A DNA stretch of 64,000 bases from Bugula neritina (lineage: Eukaryota > Animalia > Bryozoa). The notes below the pieces were generated by a model, which saw only the letters and a program-made list of their open reading frames with translations, was not told where the DNA came from and searched no databases. The position numbers and the translations under genes are program-made. The stretch spans positions 16,212,633 through 16,276,632 of the forward strand of contig OZ037769.1 in the NCBI GenBank assembly GCA_964035545.1, in the 5' to 3' direction. Position 1 is the stretch's first letter. Every line of letters starts with the position of its first letter. This document shows, one piece after another, positions 52,507 through 64,000 of the stretch.

Positions 52507-55500
52507 TAGTCTGGCAGAACTGGGGGTTAGGTTCGCAATCTCGGATAAAGTTTTTTTCTCTTTTGATTATTTATCTTGAGGGTCCAGGTAGATGTTTCCA
52601 GGTGGGTGTGGACCTGTCACCCTTGAGCATTTCGAGAAATCCAAGATGGCCGCCAATTATGAAAAAATCGTAATCTAGTCGGCATAAAGTCTGTATTATG
52701 TTGCAAAAACAAAATTTTTTTGACGATTAAAATAGATGTGCATTTTTAGAATGGATATGTGCCATGCCAGTAAAAAGGAATCAAAGTAAAAAGCCAAGAG
52801 ACATGTTTCTCAGCTCAAAAATCGGAATTGCTTCAATAAAACATCCCATATGGTGCAGAGAAATGATACAAAGTTTTTGAATAACTGTTTGGACACTGGA
52901 CAGATATATAAAAAAACATTGCTTATTGCCAGTGAATAGAAAGTGAAAAAAGGATACAGATGCAGCATAATGCTCAGCTAAAGTTAAAATTGAACATATA
53001 TATAATCGTACAAATGCGACAAACTTTCATTCATGTTCATATTAAACACCATATTTTTTTCTATCATTAGCATTTGTTAGAAATGTTAGTTCATTGCAGC
53101 ACACTCCTGTTACTGCTTCACAAGGGCAGAACTCTGTGCATAGGATAGATGTACTAGAATAGCCATATCGTGTTGTTTCGCATGATTGTTGGCTTCCACA
53201 GGAGCATTTAATGAATTTGGGCCATTTTACTTTATTTAGTACACATCAGCAGATTATGATCAAACTTTTTAAAGTTTGCTCAAAATTCATGAAAACTTAC
53301 TATATATGGGGTAATAGTATTTGCTGATTCTATCTATGCATAACAAAAATGACTGGGAAGAGGTCCTGCAACATTTAAGCGCGGCGTCATTGTCATACGA
53401 GCTAAATATACATTTGTGAATCATCACGGCCTATATAATATCCCAATGTAATAATAAATTAGGAATGGACATAAAAAATAATGCATAACTGAAAATTATT
53501 TAGTTTTATTTGTTAAAATTTTGATAGTTTGAGGCAAAAATCTATATACAATAGCAGCTAAATCGTAAAAAATCGCCAAAAGCTAGAGTCGTCGAGTGTA
53601 CACCAAATTAACTAAGATGATCCACTTCATAATACTGTCTGGTGTAAGCACAACATCATTTCCTACTCTTTTTGGGAAAAGAGATTCTATTAGATTCCCT
53701 ATCACCTACCAATGTTCTAGTGGGTTTAATGCCGCAGTTACATATGGCTACCTGGAGGTGTGCTCTGGTGACATTGTCCAATAGCTTCATCTGTAGGAGG
53801 CAAAGTACATAAGTTAAAGGCACATCGCAAATAGCATTGCTGACTTTGGTTTCCCAAGCCTTTTGTCTTGTAGATGTCATGGAAGAGCACTTTGCATAAT
53901 TGTAGCAACATAGCATAAACTTGGTAGCTTGTATGAATAGTAATCCTGAAAAAAAGCACTAGTGTCACCAAATCACACTTTCCTTCTACCAAGACATTTA
54001 GTATGACTCCCTTTCCAATATTTTACATTGTTGCCCCTGAGAGGCCATGGGAAGACAGCAAATTGTTCATTATAGGGCTTTGTCTCAAACTTTCTCACCC
54101 AGTATACGCTGTGGTCCAGGATGAGTAGCGGTTTTGCAGGGCACCAAGTGCTATCAGAGAGTGTCATCTGATTCTATTGTCAACATCTTCATCTGAGAAG
54201 CCATATTTCAGTATGCCATCCTTCACTGTATCCATTGACCTTTTTTTGCCCCCCCCTCCTCTCTTTCTCTTTCTCTGTATCTTCATCTCAGCCACCATTA
54301 TAATATCTTCCTCCGTATCTCTTCTGCGCACATGTCCATACCATTGAAGAGGTCTCCTCCTCATGTCTATTGCGGTAGCTTCTATTTTGGCCTCCTCCTT
54401 TATATTATCATTTGTTACATGGTCGTTCCAATTCATATTGTAAATGTTTCGAAGCATCCTCATCTCAGTTGCACTTATCTGCTTCAATATTGACAAGAGC
54501 AACTGGGTGGCATCATTCTTTGAGTGGGTCATTGCAGAGTTCAATCTTCCGTTTGACAGACTCCCTGTCCTTTGAATCAGATTGGATTCTTGATTGCATC
54601 TCATCCTTATGAGCAGTAAAAGGATTTATTTCAGACTCATCCCTGATGTCACTGCAGCCATACTGTATCTTGTTGCATGCAGAAGTGCTGTACACCCACA
54701 CCTTGAGAGTTTCGGATTTAGTGCTGATGCCAATGATTCCCCCTTGCTGTGACCAAATCTTACGAAGGTCACCTCAATGGTCATGTCCGACCAGATGCCG
54801 TCGAGCTGGCCGCGTTTATGATGCATTGTGCGGTTACCAGCTGCAAATTAAATCCTTACATCTTGTGGTATGACCTTCACGCTATGCAGATAGTGCATTT
54901 CCTTTTCTATTGCTAGGTGTAAGGCCCAGTCTCATTCTCTAACAGCTATGATGTGGGTGTTGATGGTAAAAATTGGTCCAATAAAGCACATGGCCCACAG
55001 TTTTGCTGTTCTTGAGCTCTCTGCAATCTTAATCAACATCTTTTCAAGCTTCTTCATGCTAGTGATTACACTTTCATCAAGACTGGCTTTAACAGTTCTC
55101 CCACCAATATTCTCAGACCTTGTACATTATGGAGAAACTTTTTCTATTTAGCATTTTGGAGAAACCACCAAAAGTAGAATTAACTACTTCTACCAAATTG
55201 CTTTCAGCTATTAGTGTTCCAGTGCACCCAACATAGGTCATTAAAAAGGGAGAAATTAATAGTAAGCGTTAATGAAAGGGGATTGGTATGAAAAAGGTAG
55301 GGAACCACTGTTCTAATAGATGTATTACTTCCCTTAGCATGAAATACATTTTCATTCATAAGAAACTGTTTACAAATGCTTTTAGAGGAAAAGTGAAATG
55401 TGCTGATTGTAGAAATAGTTTTCGAAAGCAAAAGTGTCAATATTTAGATAAATGATGTGTCAATAATAAAGCAATTAAATTATGTTAAGAAGCCATGGTG

Positions 55501-56161
55501 CTGTGTTATTAAGGTTTTTGACCCCTTTTTATAACTTTAAAAAACATAGCTAAATTTTAAAACTGAAAATAACTATTAGGTTGGCAGCTCAACAAACCTT
55601 TTCGATAGGCATGCCAGTTGGAAATAAATTGCTATTTAGCTCATATGGCAATGACATTGCATTTTAAGTTTGCAGAACCCCTTTCAGCTTTATTTGGTGG
55701 ACATATTTGTAATCAGCATATAAAATCACACCATATAGTAAATTTTCATGAAGTTAGAACAAACTGATGCAGAGATGCAAGGAAATTATAAACACGGCAA
55801 GGCTAAGTTAAACTTGAAAAAATGAATGATTAAGGCTTAGCTTAGTTACCATTGGGTATCATTTACCTATTACTCAATAATACATATGATAAAGGCACAT
55901 GCATCTTTATTATATTAATTTCTAAAGATTTCAAAGCATTGGAACCTTAAATTTAGCCCCAATGGGTAGGTACATTTGAATTAGAAAAAATCGTTTGGTG
56001 CCTGGCGGCCATCTTGAATTTCTCGAAATGCTCAAGGGTAAGAAGTCCACACCCACCTGGAAACATTTACCTAGACCCTATATTTGAATAATCAGGAGAG
56101 AAAAAAACTTTATCCGAGATTGCGAACCTAAGTCAAAAATTGGCATTTTTCTGCCAGACTA
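52507..56161 (-). mobile_element. Academ-type DNA transposon with decayed transposase
   Basis: ~150-bp imperfect TIRs TAGTCTGGCAG... (52507-52655) and ...CTGCCAGACTA (56003-56161); 3-bp TSD TAT. Frameshifted minus-strand fragments: HKRGQLDGIWSDMTIEVTFVRFGH, LPPTDEA, RAHLQVAI. Confidence 0.8.
54164..54490 (-). mobile_element. 5'-truncated RTE-clade LINE 3' fragment nested in the Academ element
   Basis: EMRMLR.I....W.DHVTN..I.......I..RRR.LQWYGHVRRR...KRKRG...SMDTVK is the typical C-terminus of an RTE ORF. Confidence 0.8.
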
Positions 56162-57975
56162 TATATGGTTTCCCAGCAACCTTTACTTAGCTGAAATGTA
56201 ACTTTCCAGTGTCAGAATAGCAGCTTTGACAAAATTTCTCGTATACATATACTGCTAGTAACAGAGAAAATTATCTGTTCCTGCAATTACTTTTACTAAG
56301 GTCTATAGAGGGAGACCACATCCCTACAATTATGCAAAAGATAATAGACCCCCTGTAGTTTTGGGCCTAGTTTCTTTGCATCTTCATAATCATTTTAATC
56401 AGGAAACTTAAGTAAGCTTAGAAGTTTTTAATTTACTAAAAATGGCTGCTAAGAGGGGTACCTTAGTTTGAACCTTATACAGAAATCCTATAATTAGCCT
56501 ATTTGGCTGCAACTTCAAAAGCACTCTCATATTTATAAATTCGTTTGAAGGAGTTTACCCTCAAATACTGTACAATAAAGAAAAAATTTCAAGCTAGCTG
56601 TTCTATTTTTCTTGGTTTTGTGTTATCTCAGTACACGCAGAGTTTATAGTCTCTATGAGAGACCTTTTTAACTGACTGAGGGCATAATAGCTGAGATCTT
56701 GTCTGCTGTCACTACAACACGGACTTTTATAATAGGAAATATTAAGAAATGCTTGCAGCTTACCCTTGCTACTAAATATTAGACCCTGTAGAATATAAGA
56801 TAGGCCCTACACCAAGTTTCATTCACAATAAATCTAATGGGAATCAGTAGAGATGATGAATTCAAAGTTATTAACACATATTATTGAAAACTATTTATAC
56901 ATGTCTTACTCTTTTTGTTGGTAGTCAAATTATATGACTAGCAAGAAGTCTAGATTTTGTTATTCACCCATTGCGCGAACAATACTTTTTCTAGCTGCAT
57001 TATTTTACTTGAAAAATTTTCAAAACAGGGAAACCAATTCAGCAACTAGTTTTGAAGTTTGAAAAAGGCATGTAGCACCAGTGTTACACTGGTCATCCGT
57101 CTCTATAAGAGTAACAATTCAGTTTAATTCCAAATAGACAACCCCCTCCATATAGACGCCAAACAATATATTCTACTTAGACTGCCTACTGAACAGCTAT
57201 ATTTAAAAGCGTTAAAAAATGAAAATTGTACTTTTTATAAATAATATGTATTTTGCTGGAAATATTTTGTTGCATGCAATTAATAGAAGCTGGGGGAAAC
57301 CCTGAGTATGTCTCATGTAAACACAGTTGGAGCAAATACACTAGATAACTGTAGAATGGCTAAATATTTGCAGCTGTAATACCTCTAAACAATTCAACTA
57401 AAAAGTAGACATGGATGTGGACATTGTGGCTATTTGGTAATTAGTATAATAGCTTAACAGTGGATTTGCTCTTATCCTTACTAAGTGACAGGCAAAGTAA
57501 GAATTTACAAAATAAAATCTTTTAACAACCTCCTATCCCAATACATTAGGCCAAGAACTACGGCAAATTGAAATTAATGATGGGTGTCTTTAGATTGCCT
57601 AACTTTTTTGGAGCTACTTACATTTTTCTTTCCTATATTGAAGAAAAAACAGCCATTTAGTTTAGACTTAGCAAAGGCTATGCAACTGTAAGATATGTAG
57701 TATTAGTCAAGTAGCTAACCTGTTACACAGGAAACTTAATAAATAAAATGTTCTGCCTCAGCAAAAGAAGTTTAAGATTTTTACAACCGTGGCTCATTAA
57801 ATGCTTGAATATTTTTATGTATAAACACCTAAAGTAAGTTTGTGATTTGAAATTAATGGCAAAAGGTTAGACTCAACTTATTTACTATTGCCTTTCTCGG
57901 CCTGGGCCCAACCAGGCTAAGCAACTTAATTGACTACTACAAGTTTATGGAGAACTCGAACAGCTGACGTGTAAA

Positions 57976-60368
57976 ACCATGTAAAAGTCAGCCGATCAGC
58001 ATTGTGTACCAGGTCAACACCCCACTATTATAGTTTATATAAAATTCTGCAAGTTCAGTTGCAAAATGCATGCTTCTAGAAAGCAGTTGTGCAACTTTTT
58101 TCAAGTGCATTACTTTATTTCATATCTTAAATTTATGATCTTTGATGTATTTTTCAAAACAATTAAATTGAGTGTGTATAAAATGCAATTAAAAATTGTA
58201 TGTCTACAAAAATGACCTGGTACACTTTTGCAGCTGAAGGCCAGTTGTTACATAACTCTTAGCTTTATTTGTTCTCTATTATACTAGTATGAACTCTTGT
58301 TCTCCAATATGCCAGCTGGTAATGAGCCACCAGATTTTGGTACAGAACTCTGATTAGCCGGGTTTTTGAATGGTTTTCTAATACATACATCTGATTGCCT
58401 GAATAGTGCACACTCCATCTACATTTACATGGTGCAAGCTACAGGGTAGTATTATACCAACTTTCTGTTTACTAATCTTTTGTTCACAATAGTAAATAGG
58501 CTATTCAGCAAAGATTTTATGGCATGTAAGCCATGGGAACTATCAACCCTCTCTGCTGCATATATTTTAGCTTGTAATAGCAAGTCTACATCATAGTGTT
58601 ACTACCAATATTCTCATATAAACTTATTCAATTTTCTTCAGATAATAAAATCCCTCCTTCACTCATAGAAAATAACAAGCAATCATTCAATGATTTAGCT
58701 TTGGTAAACTATCATGTACAGTTTTTAAATGCATTTCTTTTAGACTACCCTATTCTTCAGCTTACCAATACCATAGCTTAAAAAATGTGTATTGCAGCTT
58801 ATGCTAAGCCTGAGTTGGCCGTTTCTGAACCTAAAATACTGTTTGTCTCTTATATTTGGACAATAGGTTGAACTAGTCATATTATATTTACTTGCAGGAT
58901 TTAAAATGCAAGTTTAGCAACAACATAGGTTTTTCTTTCAATGAATTATAAACACATAAATTATTGGTGTAGAGAAATTGCAATTTATGCTGCTTATGAT
59001 AACATAATGTTTTTACACGATCTAATCTCATAGCTTTAAAATATCGTAAGAAATTTTTCTATGAAAGTACTGGATTTCAACAGTTATAGAGAAAGTACTA
59101 GACTTCATCAGTTATAGAGGGTGGCTGCAGATTGCAGAGATCCCAGCAGACAATAGGACTTTCAAGAAATGCTAGCTGAAGGCTTTACCCAATACTTTAC
59201 CATTCAAACAGAATGTAATGGGTGTCAACATGCATTACATAATGTTGTGACTATGCATAGTAATCTGGCTGTATGAGACAAGGCTTTGTTCATGAATTTA
59301 AGCAAATACTTCTGACAAACAACTATTGCTTTACTTAGTAGCTGGTTTAAACCCATGCAGCTATAACAACAATAATTTTAATGAATGTTGTGTTTAAGCA
59401 ATGGGTATAAATCATTCTTACTTTAAACACTGAAGTATTATCGGGCAATGACTAGTAATGAGGTGGTCACTTTTGATAGACTTTAAGGACAAGTATAAAT
59501 GAAGCTAATTTACTCCTAAAAAAAATTGCAACCAAAAAAGTTTATTCTTTACTGAGTATAGGATTGTCGCATGTTAAATTATAACCTTAACTAAATAAGT
59601 CAAGACAGCAAGTGAACTACTTTAGGTGATAGATGAATACTCTATATAAAACATCTTTTCTAAATATGTAAACTGCTAAACCCTACAGATAAATAATAAA
59701 TACATGTGGTTTAACTACTAATGTTTATTGAAACAATTTCAAAGTTTAGTAGAAAGAACTATAATGGGACAGATGCATAAGCAATATTAGCAGCAGTGAT
59801 GGTTGATTAAACCTCTTTAGTAGTTCCCATGGCTTACACGCCATAAAATCCTTGCTAAATAGCCTATTTACTATTATGAACAAAAGATTGATAAACAGAA
59901 AGATGGTATAATACTACCCTGTAGCTTGCACCATGTAAAGGTAGACGGAGTGTACACTATTCAGGCAATCAGATGTATGTATTAGAAAACCATTCAAAAA
60001 CCCAGCTAATCAGAGTTCTGTACCAAAAGCTGGCATATTGGAGAACAAGAGTTCATACTAGTATAATAGAGAACAAATAAAGCTAAGAGTTATGTAACAA
60101 CTGGCCTTCAGCTGCAAAAGTGTACCAGGTCATTTTTTTAGACATACAATTTTTAATTGCATTTTATACACACTTACTTTAGATGTTTTGAAAATACATC
60201 AGAGTGTCATAAATTTAAGATATGAAATAAAGTAATGCACTTAAAAAAGTTGCACAACTGCTTTCTAGAAGAATGCATTTTGCAACTGAACTTGCAGAAT
60301 TTTATATAAGCTATATTAGTGGGGTGTTGACCTGGTACACTTTGCTGATCGGCTGACTTTTACATGGT
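57976..60368. repeat. Inverted duplication: ~560-bp arms at 57976-58542 and 59821-60368, with a ~1.3-kb spacer
   Basis: accatgtaaaagtcagccgatcagc pairs with gctgatcggctgacttttacatggt; gccatgggaacta pairs with tagttcccatggc. The arms are colinear with scattered differences. Confidence 0.9.
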
Positions 60369-63300
60369 CTAAGTAATTTTAGAGGTAATGGCTTTCATTA
60401 TAGAGCTAATAACAGGCTCCAACCTTATAGAGATACACAAAGGGCTACATAAGGACAACAACAACTACAATAAGTATAACATAGGACATGAAGTTTGAAG
60501 CAATTTTGCTGGCAATTCCCCAAAGAATTAATATTATACCTAACTAATGTAAACTTTAAACACATTTTTTCAACTTGCTGAAACTTCATACCAGCAAGAA
60601 ATCTTTTTAACGAAGATAAATTGCATTTTGTAAAACTGTTTGATGTTGCTGTGCAGCTCTGGCTGAATTATAATGAAACATAGAGCAAGCCATTTATTTT
60701 GCAAAACTAATCATAAAGTACAGAATAAATCATGAAAAGTTGTATAATTTTGTATTTTATATAAACAAATTTTTTTTTTAGTTAAATTAACATTTCAGTT
60801 GTGGAAAGAACAACTGTTATATTGTTTCTAATAGTTTCACTTGAAGCTTTCCTGCAGTGTAGCAGTGTTTGTTCTATCTATTCAGTCAGTTACCTAATTA
60901 TTTATTAGTTTGTAGGCTGTTCTATTTACTCTAGGCCCTAGGCTTTAAGAATGAAGAACTAGCACTATCTAGCACCATCTAGCAATTGTAACCTATTGAT
61001 AGTCCAGGGTGCTTTACTTGCCATACTCTGGCTTGCAGATCGAAGGATTCAAATTGCTTTTTATGACTAGATACCTGTTACATTTTGCTCTTACAAGATA
61101 AATCAATTTTAAAATATTCTCAAAGTAAAAACATGTTTAATGGTAGCACCATACATTGTTGTTCAGTTTGTATCTCTACCTCAATATTTTGCATTATTTT
61201 GTTCTATCAATTTGTGAAAAGAGCTACTGAAAGAGCTGTTGATGAAACTTAAAACAAATTGAAACATTTACCCAATACTCAACTTACTGGATTGCTCTCT
61301 ATCATGGTAGGCTATCAACAAAGCAAGCCAAAATTGCTTATTCTGAAGTTTAGCTTTTGTGAAAATTGGCAAGCTTTAGTTAATAACCTGTAATTATATA
61401 GCCAAGTTGTTTAATTAAGATTTAAAGTAGCATTGTGTTACACACAATAGTTTCGGAAAATAATTGAAAGAAAAATTTAATAATATATTACTATAAAGTA
61501 CCGCAGGAAAGTCTTGCTGATGTTCATAAAGCATGCATTAAACATTCTGTATTTCAATGGAAGATGACTTACACATTGTAGAAGGAAAGTTGTCTACTTG
61601 TCTTAGTTTACAAGGCTATGTCGTAATGCTAGTAGTAGACTGATACCCAAACAAAAAAAAAAGGAAAAAATCTGGTGCTTGTCATAAATATTATGTTAGA
61701 TTTGTCTCTCTAGCATTAGGACAAAAAGAGAGATGAACCAGTTGCATATATAGTGCGATTGTGCATAAACTGGTCAATATATTTATGCCAGGTAAGGCCA
61801 GTAAGAAAATGTAGTTTACCAGTACAAGATTAAATAAAAAGTACGTAAAAGCAGTAACAGAGACGAGTTCTGAAACGTCTGCTCATGCAAACAAAATGCC
61901 CAATTGCTAAGAGTTGGGAGCAGTTTTGAAGAAGCTTGTATATTATACCACTAATTGTTAACATTAAATCTATAAAAGTTACTGCTAAAGATTGAAAAAA
62001 AAATCAAGGCACATTCAGAAGCTTGCTAATATATTTCTTTTGAAGCTATTGCAATTAAAGAGTAATTTGTAGTGTAACTGCTGCATTTCTAGCCAACAAA
62101 AAGTTTCAATAGCTTATAAAAGGCTAGACAACATGGTTTTCAAATTTTGTTTTAGTACACATAGCTTCAGGTTTTTTAAGAAGCACTATTTTATATATTA
62201 GCAACTGTGAAAGATATAGTTAGGGGTTGCTCTTATTTGTGCTCCGTAAAGCATTTAAAAAAAGAACTCAGATATGGGTTTGAGAAGAAAGAGCATATAA
62301 TTAGTAGCCTTACATTCAGCTTTAACTCAATATATTTTACTGAAGCGTTGAGTTAATCGCTATAGACTTTAGAGCATATGAAAGTGTACTAGCCGACTGT
62401 TTTGTGTGCACTATAGCAAAGAATCACAGTTCAAAGTACATTTTCAGATATAAATGATTGTGAAAAATATATTCTAATTGGTTTAATCTTATCATATATT
62501 ACAAGTCTCTTTGTTATGTAAATTCAAATAGAATACTATAATTATTTTGAAATAAATATTAAAAAATTATCAGCCTATTGTGCATTAGTACTTCAAATAA
62601 TATTAGCAATGACAAAAATATTAGTAGGACATTTTGTTCTCATATGATGCATCATGAAGATGAAGTGCAGAAAATGTGCTAATATTCTTAAGATTAGTTT
62701 AAAGCAATGATTGATTACAAACAGTGCTCTCAAATTGCTATCTATATAACTGTTCAAAGAATCACCGAGGTAGACTTTTAAGAAATCTGCAAAATACTGT
62801 ACCTATACGGTTGATTTAATGAAAGGAATAGCTAGTAAAACTTCAAAAATAAGCCTTTGAAGCAAATCGTTTAGCATCTGGTAAATAGAAGTGCATACTT
62901 GGCCTTTTTTTTTAGTATAATACCTATATAGTGGTGCTATCTATCCAATTGTTTTTTATTAAAAGACTTTAGAACATATAGCTAGTTTAGAAATTAGTTT
63001 TATCTTGCTTATTTGTCCGAATTATAGTAGGTATATGCATGGTAGCTAAATGAACTTAACACACATATTTTTTAATACAGGAAAATACTATAGATATTAG
63101 ATATTACAGTATAAACTGGCTGCAATCAAATTGAGTAATTTTTAAAATAAAATATACATTATACGTTTCATTCATTCTTTAAGTATACAATATAGGCTTA
63201 TAATAATTTGAGGCAACTTTTAATTAATTATTTATATCTGTATTTTGTCAACTAACTGCTATTCTATTTTTGCTATTACAATATTTTACTTCACTTGCTT

Positions 63301-64000
63301 ATTGAATGACGTGCAATTTCTTTTTCAAAGTACTTGTTTTTACAGTTTAAAACTATATACACTTGGTTCAATTTAATTAAACTTTTCCTGTTATATAAAA
63401 AAATATATATATACAACTTTCATTACCTAAACAAAATATAAGAATAAGCAAAACATCAACAAATGTAATGAGGATGATACAGGGTGCACTTCGAATTATT
63501 AGACATGAAAATCCTTATTCGATTTTAAAAAGGAAATACATAACATAGGAAATTGAAGTGTAATTTTTTTTATTTTGAATGCATGGCTATATCAGTTCCT
63601 TACAGAGAGTAATGGCATAGTGTGAATAGAAGTTGAAAAATAATTTTTTTTTAACTGAAATTGTTGGATAATTAATTATAGCAGACAAAGTAGAACAAAA
63701 CCAATTGAGTTTCTATACTTTGCATAGTACAAATGTAATATAGCTTTTATTACTCAAAAAGTAAAAATGAGAAGACAATTTCAAAGTAAAAATAATATGA
63801 TATATTCTGATAACAGAGGGGGCTCTGTTTATAGGCCCCCTATGGTATCGAAATATACCAAATGCATATAAGCCCCCTATGAGCAGCCCCCTATGAAACC
63901 ACATTTAAGAATATATAAATTTGAAATTAATTTCCAATTTTTAGATTTTAGACTTTTCTAATACAAAAAAATCCAAGGATTTCAAAAATAATACTTTCGT

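Larger units (their letters stand above)
49008..64000. mobile_element. Putative large degraded DNA transposon with subterminal CCCCCTATG motifs; right end probably just past the window
   Basis: Abrupt start GTGACCAGTCGCGACAAAACC. The motif catagggggctgctcataggggg (about 49152-49175) recurs as its reverse complement ccccctatgagcagccccctatg (about 63872-63895). agagggggctctgt...ccccctatggtat occurs at about 49280 and about 63815. Confidence 0.5.

Noticed and set aside
56200-63000. Possible decayed transposase or other coding remnants
   Set aside because: Only short stop-interrupted fragments with no motif I could identify; needs a frameshift-aware homology search

Overview
AT-rich, intron-rich animal genomic DNA. 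It is probably an invertebrate; the taxon cannot be fixed from sequence alone. Six spliced host genes were reconstructed exon by exon: (1) a 5'-truncated sarcospan-like tetraspan gene (+, ends 4351); (2) DIPK2A/C3orf58 (-, 5439-8905); (3) UQCR11 (+, 9800-11110, head-to-head with DIPK2A and missed by the ORF track); (4) a cytosolic sulfotransferase (+, 15023-19435); (5) a complete 16-exon ABCB6/HMT-1 half-transporter (+, 26841-36963); and (6) a tandem ABCB6 paralog that appears to lack TMD0 and is interrupted after exon 10 by more than 15 kb of nested transposon DNA. A very young 5.27-kb Gypsy-type LTR element (20056-25326, -) sits just upstream of ABCB6. It has identical 353-bp LTRs, an ATAT TSD and a tRNA-Leu PBS. 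It keeps gag, a -1 frameshift signal, protease and the integrase HHCC finger in open frames, but has lost RT, RNase H and the integrase core. It also carries an intron-containing zinc-finger/coiled-coil accessory gene. Across the window, tandem arrays are repeatedly anchored at splice junctions, and many units contain the splice site itself. Degenerate hexamer arrays recur in first introns. All exon models and homology calls are from manual reading and recalled family motifs, not database searches.
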